From NCBI GenBank assembly GCA_945878795.1, contig CAMDWF010000001.1:1-41708 (forward strand): a stretch of DNA of 41,708 nt. The letters run 5' to 3'. The stretch's first letter is position 1. Each line of letters starts with the position of its first letter. The translations under genes were made by a program, and so were the position numbers. Under the pieces are notes generated by a model, which saw only the letters and a program-made list of their open reading frames with translations, searched no databases and had not been told where the DNA came from. The stretch is from Synechococcus sp. UW140 (GTDB lineage Bacteria; Cyanobacteriota; Cyanobacteriia; PCC-6307; Cyanobiaceae). This document shows positions 26,601-34,215 of the stretch, in pieces.

Positions 26601-29600
26601 AACCAGGGCGGTCTGGTCAATGCCACCTACAACGCCACCACCGACAAGTGGACCGCCACCTACACCCTCACCGAAGGCAGCATCGACATCATCGATGCCA
26701 ATGTGCGCGTCCGCGCCATTGATGAAGCCGGCAACGCCTCTAGCTGGGTGGTGGATGGCGCCAATCTCACCATCGACAACCAGACCCCCACGGTTGGTGG
26801 GCTGACTACCTCTGTTGCCAACCCAGGTCTTGGTTCCGGTGTGCTCAAGGTGGGCTCCACCCTCACCGTCAGCGCCGCCGATGCCAACCCCGATGTGGCC
26901 GAAGCCAGCTTCGACTTCACTGCCTTTGGCGGCGGCGTGGTCAGCGGCAACTACGACGCCGGCACCGACAAGTGGTCGGCCAGTTACACCATCACCGCCG
27001 GCAGTCTTGATGCATCAGGCCGTGTGGTGCCCGTCACCTTCACCGATGACGCCGGTAACCGTTCCAGTGTGGTCTCCTCCGATGCATTTGCGCTGGACAA
27101 CCAGGCTGACGCCGGTAACAACCTCAGCATCAACGCCACCGATGCCCTGCTCAATGCCGCCGAGGGCCTGACCCTCAACGTGAGCGGTGTCGACAACGAC
27201 GGCAGCAGCGCCAGCGTCACCCTCACAAAGGGGGCCGCCAGCGTCACCAAGCCGGTGGACAACCTCATTCTCTCAGCCGGCACGGGCAGTGTCTCCTTCA
27301 CTGCCGCTGAGCTTGCAGCCTTGGGGGGGGATGGCAGCCTCGCGGCCACCGTCACCGCCACCGACAACGCCGGCAACGTGGCCACCGCGAGCACCACCAC
27401 CCAGCGCGACGCCACTTCCCCGGTGGCCCCAGCGATCACGGCTATCACCGATGACACCGGCCGCTCCGCCAGCGATCGCATCACCGCCGACACCACCCTC
27501 ACGCTGAGTGGCAACGCTGAAGCCGGTAGCAGCGTGCGCGTCTACAACGGCGCCACCCAACTTGGCCTGGCTACGGCCGGTTCCAACGGCCTCTGGCAGA
27601 TCACCACAGACGCCCTGGCCGACGCCACCTACAGCCTCACCGCCATCGCCACCGACGTTGCTGGCAACAGCGGCCCTGCCTCGACGCCCGTGAGTGTCAC
27701 GGTGGACACCACGGCTCCCATCGCCAGCGGTCTCACGCTCGTCCTGGCCAGCGGCTCAGATAGCGGGAACTCCTCTGACAGGCTCACCAACGTGGCCCGT
27801 CCCACCTTCAGCATCACCGCCGAAGCAGGGTCCACCGTGGAGGTGTTTGACGGCCCCAACCTGTTGGGCACCGCCGGCGTTGTGTCCGGCACCACCTACA
27901 GCTTCACCGCGCCGTTTGATCTGAGCAATGGCGCCCACACCATCAAGGTGCGCGCCACCGATGCTGCCGGCAACGCCAGCGCCGACCAGTCTCTGGCGAT
28001 CACGATCGACACCCTGGCCCCCTTCGGCACCACCGTCGGGGTCACCTATCTGGAAGATGCAGCTGTTGCGATCCCGCTGGCAGCTTTGGGGACCTGGAAC
28101 GAAACCCTTTCTGCCCTGCGGATCACATCCTTGCCTTCCGTTGGCCAGTTGCAGCGCAATGAGGCTTCTGGCTGGGTGGCCATTGCGCTTAACCAGCAAT
28201 TCAGCATCAGCGAGATCACTGCCGGTTCGCTGCGTTATGTGCCTGCCGCCAATAACGACCAAGACCGCAGCTTCAGCGTTGCGCCGATCGATGCCTCCGG
28301 CAACGTTGGCTCCCTAACCCAGGTGCTCCTGGATGTGACGCCTGTCAATGATGCTCCCCAGTTCAATGCCATCCCAACCGGCCTACAGGTATGGGGTGGT
28401 GTTGCCGGGGCGAATATCACTGGTCTTTCGGCTACGGATATCGATTCCCTGAACCTGGTCTTGAGCCAGGGTTCAACGCCTGCCAATAGCGGTCTGGCGC
28501 TCAATGGCTCCGGCCAGCTAACCCTTGCGCAAGCCCGTACGTTTACTGGCTCTAGCCCCCAGTCCCTCACGGTCAACGTGTCGGTGAGCGACGGCCCACT
28601 GAGCGACACGCGCACCGTTGAGGTCCAAGCGTTGCCCTTCCAGCTGCAGCGCAATAACAGCCAACTGGCTCTTTACAGCGATCTCCAGGCTGCCATTAAT
28701 GCATCTGTTGATGGTGACGTGATCCGCATTGCGGCTGGCACCTACACCAATGGTGTGCCGATCACGATCACCAACAAGGCCATCAGCTTGGTGGGTGTCA
28801 ATGACCCCGCCACGCCTGGCCCCGATGTGGTGCTCAACTCTCCAGGGACCCGCGGGCTGGTGCTCAGCGGCACCATCGCGGGCACTGTCACGGTGGATGG
28901 CCTGGCCTTCAGCGGTGGCACCGATGGCATCTTAGTTAATGGTCCCAGCATCACCGACGTTGCCAATGTGGGTGGCCTGGTGATCCGTAACTCCGCCTTC
29001 TCCAACAACAGCAACGCTGGCTTGCGGATAGACCTGTCAAATCCCCTCTCCAGCTTGGGCAGTCTCACGGTGGAGAACACCGTGATCGACCAGAGCGCAG
29101 CCACTGCCGCTGGTAAGAACCCTGATGGAACTACTGCTGCTGCTGGTTCCTATGGCTATGTGGGTGTCATGGCGTTTGGCTTTGATGGCGACGCGAGCTT
29201 CACCAATGTCACGGTGAAGGGAGCGCCATTGAGTGGCAGCGCTGCTCCTAGCAGCCAATCGTCCTTCTATGGCTTCCAGCTGCAGGGGGCTACCAAGCTC
29301 CAGCTGGAAGGTAACGATCCGGCCACCGATTTCGGCCAGGTTTGGAAGGGCGACGGTCCTGTGATGGGCACGATCACCTTCAACGGTGTCACCGTCGAGG
29401 GCGGCTTCGCGAAGAACGCTGTTGCCGTTTACAACTGGGCTTCTGCGAGCGGTCTGCGGACCGCCGGAGCAGGCCTCAACCTGGCCGGCTCCCGTTCCGG
29501 CTGGTCAGAGGCCCTGAATGTCGACGGTGTTGGGGGAACTGTTGATCTCTCAGCCTTCACCCTCAACCTGGGTGGCCAGAGCACCTCGCTTCAGGGTGAG

Positions 29601-32600
29601 GCCTACAGCGGCTATACCCCGCTGCAGAGCGTCATTGGTTCTGCCAATGGGTTCATCGGAACCAGTGGCAGCGATCGGATCACCGGCAAGGCTGGCAACG
29701 ACACCCTCAATGGGGCCCAGGGCAGCGACACCGCCATCTATGGCACGCCTCTTTCGGACCTCACGTTCACCAAAGGCGCCAATGGTTTTGTCGTCGTCAG
29801 CTCTGCTGGCGAGGGCACAGACACCCTCAGCAATATCGAGTTCGTAAAGGCCGGCACGCAAACCGTGGCCTTTGCCCAAACCGGCGCCTTCTTCTGGCGC
29901 CTTGAGGGCAATGCCACAACCCCAGACCTCTACTTCGAGAGCGTCACTGGTGCCCTAGGTAAAGCCGCTACTGGGCAGCGGGTCAGCGTTGCTGCTGGTG
30001 CCCGTGGCGATGGCACACCAGCCACCGCCGTGGTGAAGGGCACCAACCCCTCGATCGTTGTCAACACCCTGGCCGGCAATAACGTCCTGAACGCCGCAGA
30101 AGCGGCCGCCGGTCTTTCGATCAGTGGCAGCTCCGCTGGTTTGGAAGGCCAGCCCCTCCAGCTGAGCATCGGTGGCAGCTCCTATTCCGCCCAAGTCCAG
30201 CCTGGTGGCGCCTGGACCCTGGCTATTCCCAGCGCAGCCCTGCAGGCCCTTCCCGACAACGCCAGCGCTGGCCTGCTCATCACAGCTTTAGACGTAGCGG
30301 GTGCTACCGCTGGCAGCACCGGCAGCCTGTCCTTGGCCGTGGATCGCACAGCGCCCAGCGTTGTCACTGTGGTCGACAGCATCAGTGCGGCAACCACCAA
30401 CCAGCCCGTCACCTTCACGGTGACGTTCTCGGAAGCGGTGAGCGGCGTAAGCGACGAAAGCTTTGCGCTCACCAGCGGCACGATCACAGGTGTTAGCGGT
30501 TCGGGTACCTCGTATCAGGTGACGGCTGCGCCGGCCGGTGGTATCGCGGCAGCTGACCTGACGCTTGGTCTCAAGGCAGGCGGCGCCATTGATGGCGCCG
30601 GAAATCCAGTGGCGGCGGTGCCTGCCCGGGCCAGCCAGGCCATCGACACCGTGGCTCCAGGAGCCCCCCAGTTCCAGCTCAACAATGCTGACGACACCTT
30701 CGGGTCCGGTGGTTCCAATAACGACGGCCTCACCAACAAGACCAGTTTCATTCTCCAGGGCACTGCAGAAGCAGGCTCCACCGTGCGGCTTTATCGCGGC
30801 AACGATCTGTTGACCACGGTCACCGCCGCCGGGAACGGCGCCTACAGCGCCACCGTGTCCGTTGCCTCTCAGATGAGCAGCACCGACGCGTCCACCAATT
30901 TCGGCTTCAGGGCCACCGCCACCGATGGCGCTGGCAATACCTCTGGAAACGCGAACCTCAGCGTGCAGGTGGACACCAAGCCCCCCACCGGTTCGATCAA
31001 CGTCAATCCGATCGTCGCCCTTGCCGACGGTGTGGTCAACATCGCTGAAACCGCGACTGCGATCACCATCACCGGCACGGTCAGCGGTGATGTCAAGCCT
31101 GGTGATGCCGTAACCGTCACCATTGCGGGCGGTCCAAGCGTCACCGGCAGTGTCGCTCAACAACCCGGCAACACCCTTGGCTTCTCGGTTGAACTCTCCG
31201 GTAGCGACCTCGCCTTGGCCACCGTGCCCACAGTCACCGCCTCGGTGACCACCTTTGATAGCGCCGGAAACCCGGCCACCTTTAGCGGCAGCCGCGGCTA
31301 CGGCGTCGATACCACGGCCCCTGTCGCCCCGGTCTTCACCCTCACAGATTTGGGTGACAGTCAAAGTGATTCCCTGACCAGCAGCAAGCTCGTGACCGTC
31401 AGCGGTCTAGAGAGCGGTGCCAGCTGGCAGTGGAGCCGCAATGGTGGTGCCAGCTGGACCACCATTGCCCCCGTCGATGGTGTGTTGGTCACCAGCTTCC
31501 AACTGGATCAGGGCACTTACAGGGCTTCCCAGGTGAAGGTTCGCCAGATTGATGCCGCCGGGAACACAGGCTTTACAGCCCAGAACACCGCCACCATTCG
31601 CATCGATACCACCGGCCCCGCCATTGCGTTCGCCCCTCAAATCGGTGGTGATGGCCGCATCACCTCCCTGGCTGGCGATCAGTTGATCACCGGCACTGCC
31701 GAGGCCAACCGCCAGATCACCCTCAAAACCAGCAACGGCACAACAACCCTGGGTACCACCACCTCCGATCTCAATGGTGTCTGGAGCTACGTCCTGACAG
31801 CCGCCAACATCGTCAGCCTCGGCCAGGGAACCAATAAGCGTTTGGTGGCAAGCCTTCTTGATGAGGCGGGCAACCTCGCCAGCGCTGATTCCCCCACCTT
31901 CACGGTCGACACCCAGATCAGTGCCGGCTCCGTTGTGCTCACTGGCGCGACAGGCACCAATGGCACCTACCGCACCGGTGACACCGTGCGTGCCACCGTC
32001 TCCGATCCCAATCCGGATACCGCATCTGTCAGCGTTGATTTCACAGCTTTTGGTGGTGGCGTTGTTGCCGCCACCCGTGGAGTTGGTTCCGCTGCCTCCA
32101 GTTGGACGGCTACTTACAACCTCAATGAGGCCCCTGTAGACACTGCCTCCGCCAATCTCGAGGTCAAGTTCCGCGATAACGCAGGAAATAGCGTCAGCCT
32201 CAACAGTTCGCCTTACAAGGTCGACATCCAGGTCCCCACGGCCTCTGTCGACCGCAAGGTCGGGACCACTGACGCTTCGATCACCCTGACAGGCAAGGCT
32301 TCCCAGACCGATGGTGAAACCTTGGAGCTTCGTCTCAACGGTGTGACCTACACCAGTTCCAATGGCCTAACCCTCAACCCTGGCGCTGGCACCTGGAGCT
32401 TGGTGGCCCCGCGGCTTACCCCCGGTACCTACGAGGTTGAGCTCAGCAGCGTTGACAATGCCGGTAACCGCAGCGTTGATGCCAGCGCCCGTGAGCTGCT
32501 CATTGTTGATAACACCTTCAACAGCCGTCTGATTGGAGCCGGCAGCAAGCACCTGGCCATCTCCGGTGGTGATGCAGCGAGCGAGCAGACCATCGTTGGT

Positions 32601-33917
32601 TTGGCCTACAACCCCACAGGCCAAGTGCTTGATCTCAAGCTCACTTCCGAATCCACCATCGACCTAGACGAGCAGCAGGAGCTAACCGGTCGCTACGGCG
32701 ATAGCCTCACCATCGCCAGCGAGCACATCACCTTTGAAGCCAACAAGACTGGTTCCACCACTGATCTTGGCTTGGTGAAGTTCCTGTTCAGCCTCCCTGC
32801 CGGATTGGAGGCGAACACCTACCTCAAATGGGATCAGCTCAGCGACAGCTACCGCGAGTTCACCTATGACCTCACCACCGGTACTGGAGCCCGCCTGGAA
32901 GACAGCAATGGCGATGGGGCAATCGATGCCCTCGCCGTTTATGTCCGCGATGGCGGCCGCGGTGATGACAACGCTGCGGTTGGCAGTGTGGCGAATTCAG
33001 GTTTGATCGCCCGCAGCAGTCTGCTCACGGGCACCAATGCCAGTGATCTGCTTCAGGGCACCAGTAGTGCTGATGTCATCGATGGTGGCGCTGGCAATGA
33101 CCGTCTCGAAAGCGGCGGCGGCGCCGACGTGCTGATCGGTGGCGCCGGTTCCGACACCTTCGTGGTCGACAACCGCGATACCCGCATTGTGGAGAACAGC
33201 ACCATTGGCTCAGATGTCAACACGGTGCTCTCCTCCGTCAGCCAGGTGCTCAGGGCCGGTGCCACCAATGTCACCCTGCTGGGCGATGCCCTCAATGCCC
33301 GCGGCACCGCCCTGGCCAACACCCTGATCGGCAATGCCAATGAGAACCGTCTCGAAGGCCTCGGCGGCGATGACCGTTTGATTGGCCAAGGTGGAGATCT
33401 GCTGCTGGGCGGAGATGGCAACGACCTGCTCTTTAACGAGCTGGCGTTTGCCTTAACCCCTGGCGTCAAGGCAACCCTCAGTGGCGATGCCGGTAACGAC
33501 ACCTTGATCGGAGCAGCTGGAGATCTTCTGAGCGGTGGCACGGGCAATGACCTGCTGGTAGCCGTCAAGGGAGATGCCACCCTTGTGGGTGGAAGCGGCA
33601 ACGACCGGTTCGTGGTGGCCTATGGCGAGCGCCCCGCCCTTCGCAACACCGTCTCCGACTTCGTTGTAGGCAGCGACAAACTGCTCTTGGTGGGCCTCAG
33701 CGTGCCCACCGGCAGCACCAGTCAGCGTCCCGTTGCCCTCGGCGATGTGCAGTTCAACCAGCAGTACGGCGGCACGGATGTCAGCGTGGCTGGCCAGTCC
33801 GTGGCCTTCCTCAAGGGCGTCAGTGCAACCAGCCTCGGCTCAGCCTCTAATGTGCTCGAACTGAGTGCCACCCTCTCGGAGGTGGAGGCCCTGCGTCAGC
33901 AGCAGCCTGCCCTTTGA
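23670..33917 (+). CDS. Giant (~3415 aa) RTX adhesin-like protein: DUF4347, Ig-like repeats, beta-helix domain, choice-of-anchor-U-like domain, RTX Ca-binding repeats
   Basis: GGAGG at 23657-23661, 8 nt before ATG 23670; N-terminal LVAHG...LYACQVG...GGSWQL (DUF4347); many D.AGN and DTTAP Ig-like motifs; GGxGxD-type nonapeptides near 25570-25660, 29660-29735 and 33030-33610; no Sec signal. Confidence 0.9.
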   Translation: MTATTRPSSASQPTTTTATAMASLNIAATTTSTLVALDANLADLPVLLAGLSPGAEALLVPADADAIALITVALQTSGATRLALVAHGAPGQVLLGAGGLDAAVLAARGAELSQWGLEQIDLYACQVGQDQAFVQQLSELSGAAVAASSGVVGHSSLGGSWQLQGAANGVVPFSRVAREAWVVGLVDYFYNNIAADDNGDGLTAGTAKKTFGAIKALGGVDLSNDTITVVNGATLTETFAELDRVSLIKREADGNGAVVVQIPAASSEADLINIALDGAATPSITASFTQTQTFTGNLRGFAASILTGVTVTAAASLVSSVVVDGPGSLSVDASGLADDGTLDLRGSSNKTVTGLVADLTLVASNTGTTGVTTGNADLTITADAAAGATTINAAALADNKTLTTAGAGAFTVNGLKGDLSNTSTGAVAVTLADNTDGSYSVTSTTAITVDNGTAQDVDTITLAGAGNKTVTGLVADLTLAASNTGTTGVTTGNASLSITANAAAGNLTVDGAALTEEKTLTLAGGANAKTATVNNLVADLVATTLASALTVDLADAPGDAISITTGTFTTTLNDSAAGNTITVDAAAIADDVTLTTAGAGAFTISGLQGDLNASAVTGTVDVTAIDAAGQTVVTGAGNDTIRLAANRLSSADTIDGNAGTDTLQLTGGDALTLTDFAGVSDIESIVFNSGIYTISAADLDSLTESRVTVSTGSILNVTAYSGQSLQLLQNVSDTTDATFNLTIAANSLGSIFASATSATLQLDASATLAIADTIDASATPLTYAQAAAIRAVNSDVLANFTFSLVDTALNFKQVIDQGGNNDILDKATKITVSSGSLTSADITQLGKEHGATEASATYKIVYAVDGSTNLLTGTTIQRDDTAPDLLDRDIFLLNQGASGTAGAYKKGDTITVVFDPSQITDAADLGAGADPDASSAFLNGGDTVQVDFSEFGRSGNLAFYIAPTAGAAAALVAANTVNQGGLVNATYNATTDKWTATYTLTEGSIDIIDANVRVRAIDEAGNASSWVVDGANLTIDNQTPTVGGLTTSVANPGLGSGVLKVGSTLTVSAADANPDVAEASFDFTAFGGGVVSGNYDAGTDKWSASYTITAGSLDASGRVVPVTFTDDAGNRSSVVSSDAFALDNQADAGNNLSINATDALLNAAEGLTLNVSGVDNDGSSASVTLTKGAASVTKPVDNLILSAGTGSVSFTAAELAALGGDGSLAATVTATDNAGNVATASTTTQRDATSPVAPAITAITDDTGRSASDRITADTTLTLSGNAEAGSSVRVYNGATQLGLATAGSNGLWQITTDALADATYSLTAIATDVAGNSGPASTPVSVTVDTTAPIASGLTLVLASGSDSGNSSDRLTNVARPTFSITAEAGSTVEVFDGPNLLGTAGVVSGTTYSFTAPFDLSNGAHTIKVRATDAAGNASADQSLAITIDTLAPFGTTVGVTYLEDAAVAIPLAALGTWNETLSALRITSLPSVGQLQRNEASGWVAIALNQQFSISEITAGSLRYVPAANNDQDRSFSVAPIDASGNVGSLTQVLLDVTPVNDAPQFNAIPTGLQVWGGVAGANITGLSATDIDSLNLVLSQGSTPANSGLALNGSGQLTLAQARTFTGSSPQSLTVNVSVSDGPLSDTRTVEVQALPFQLQRNNSQLALYSDLQAAINASVDGDVIRIAAGTYTNGVPITITNKAISLVGVNDPATPGPDVVLNSPGTRGLVLSGTIAGTVTVDGLAFSGGTDGILVNGPSITDVANVGGLVIRNSAFSNNSNAGLRIDLSNPLSSLGSLTVENTVIDQSAATAAGKNPDGTTAAAGSYGYVGVMAFGFDGDASFTNVTVKGAPLSGSAAPSSQSSFYGFQLQGATKLQLEGNDPATDFGQVWKGDGPVMGTITFNGVTVEGGFAKNAVAVYNWASASGLRTAGAGLNLAGSRSGWSEALNVDGVGGTVDLSAFTLNLGGQSTSLQGEAYSGYTPLQSVIGSANGFIGTSGSDRITGKAGNDTLNGAQGSDTAIYGTPLSDLTFTKGANGFVVVSSAGEGTDTLSNIEFVKAGTQTVAFAQTGAFFWRLEGNATTPDLYFESVTGALGKAATGQRVSVAAGARGDGTPATAVVKGTNPSIVVNTLAGNNVLNAAEAAAGLSISGSSAGLEGQPLQLSIGGSSYSAQVQPGGAWTLAIPSAALQALPDNASAGLLITALDVAGATAGSTGSLSLAVDRTAPSVVTVVDSISAATTNQPVTFTVTFSEAVSGVSDESFALTSGTITGVSGSGTSYQVTAAPAGGIAAADLTLGLKAGGAIDGAGNPVAAVPARASQAIDTVAPGAPQFQLNNADDTFGSGGSNNDGLTNKTSFILQGTAEAGSTVRLYRGNDLLTTVTAAGNGAYSATVSVASQMSSTDASTNFGFRATATDGAGNTSGNANLSVQVDTKPPTGSINVNPIVALADGVVNIAETATAITITGTVSGDVKPGDAVTVTIAGGPSVTGSVAQQPGNTLGFSVELSGSDLALATVPTVTASVTTFDSAGNPATFSGSRGYGVDTTAPVAPVFTLTDLGDSQSDSLTSSKLVTVSGLESGASWQWSRNGGASWTTIAPVDGVLVTSFQLDQGTYRASQVKVRQIDAAGNTGFTAQNTATIRIDTTGPAIAFAPQIGGDGRITSLAGDQLITGTAEANRQITLKTSNGTTTLGTTTSDLNGVWSYVLTAANIVSLGQGTNKRLVASLLDEAGNLASADSPTFTVDTQISAGSVVLTGATGTNGTYRTGDTVRATVSDPNPDTASVSVDFTAFGGGVVAATRGVGSAASSWTATYNLNEAPVDTASANLEVKFRDNAGNSVSLNSSPYKVDIQVPTASVDRKVGTTDASITLTGKASQTDGETLELRLNGVTYTSSNGLTLNPGAGTWSLVAPRLTPGTYEVELSSVDNAGNRSVDASARELLIVDNTFNSRLIGAGSKHLAISGGDAASEQTIVGLAYNPTGQVLDLKLTSESTIDLDEQQELTGRYGDSLTIASEHITFEANKTGSTTDLGLVKFLFSLPAGLEANTYLKWDQLSDSYREFTYDLTTGTGARLEDSNGDGAIDALAVYVRDGGRGDDNAAVGSVANSGLIARSSLLTGTNASDLLQGTSSADVIDGGAGNDRLESGGGADVLIGGAGSDTFVVDNRDTRIVENSTIGSDVNTVLSSVSQVLRAGATNVTLLGDALNARGTALANTLIGNANENRLEGLGGDDRLIGQGGDLLLGGDGNDLLFNELAFALTPGVKATLSGDAGNDTLIGAAGDLLSGGTGNDLLVAVKGDATLVGGSGNDRFVVAYGERPALRNTVSDFVVGSDKLLLVGLSVPTGSTSQRPVALGDVQFNQQYGGTDVSVAGQSVAFLKGVSATSLGSASNVLELSATLSEVEALRQQQPAL
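24714..25150 (+). repeat. 83-bp near-identical direct repeat (24714-24796 and 25068-25150)
   Basis: aacaagaccgtgacgggtctggttgctgatctgaccctgg(t/c)ggcgtcc...taatgc; peptide NKTVTGLVADLTLxASNTGTTGVTTGNA. Confidence 0.85.
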
Positions 33918-33950
33918 GCCTCCTGCCCTTTGAATAGGTGATCTGCGGGT

Positions 33951-34032
33951 TTGGTTTTCACTGAACTAGGTAGCTTGTAATTGAACTGGCTTGGGTTTCA
34001 TTGAACTAGGTTGGTCTCACTGACCTAGTTCA
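33951..34032. repeat. Four degenerate ~20-bp tandem repeats with an internal 10-bp inverted repeat; candidate operator array or hairpin
   Basis: ttggttttcactgaactagg / tagcttgtaattgaactggc / ttgggtttcattgaactagg / ttggtctcactgacctagtt; TGAACTAGGT (34002-34011) pairs with ACCTAGTTCA (34023-34032). Confidence 0.75.
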
Positions 34033-34122
34033 CCATGAAGGGATACTGCCCAAGGTGGGATTGTCTGGCTCTGCGATTCGATCATTGGCAGATGTCTTCA
34101 AGACACCCATCTCCAATCGATA

Positions 34123-34150
34123 AGAACCTTCCCAGCCTTGGGGAGGTTCT
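34123..34150. promoter_or_regulatory. 12-bp stem-loop upstream of hlyB
   Basis: agaaccttccca-gcct-tggggaggttct; 12 pairs including one G-U; no poly-U tail. Confidence 0.55.
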
Positions 34151-34215
34151 AAACACCTTGTGATCTCCCATCGTCTGGATGCAACGCAAGCGGCGCCTTT
34201 GACACAAACCCTTCC

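Noticed and set aside
8361-33601. Numerous antisense and alternate-frame ORFs (up to ~358 aa) over the giant genes
   Set aside because: Shadow ORFs expected from GC-rich biased codon usage; no recognisable motifs
33951-34032. Possible mini-CRISPR array
   Set aside because: Repeats are ~20 bp, directly adjacent with no unique spacers, degenerate, and no cas genes are present
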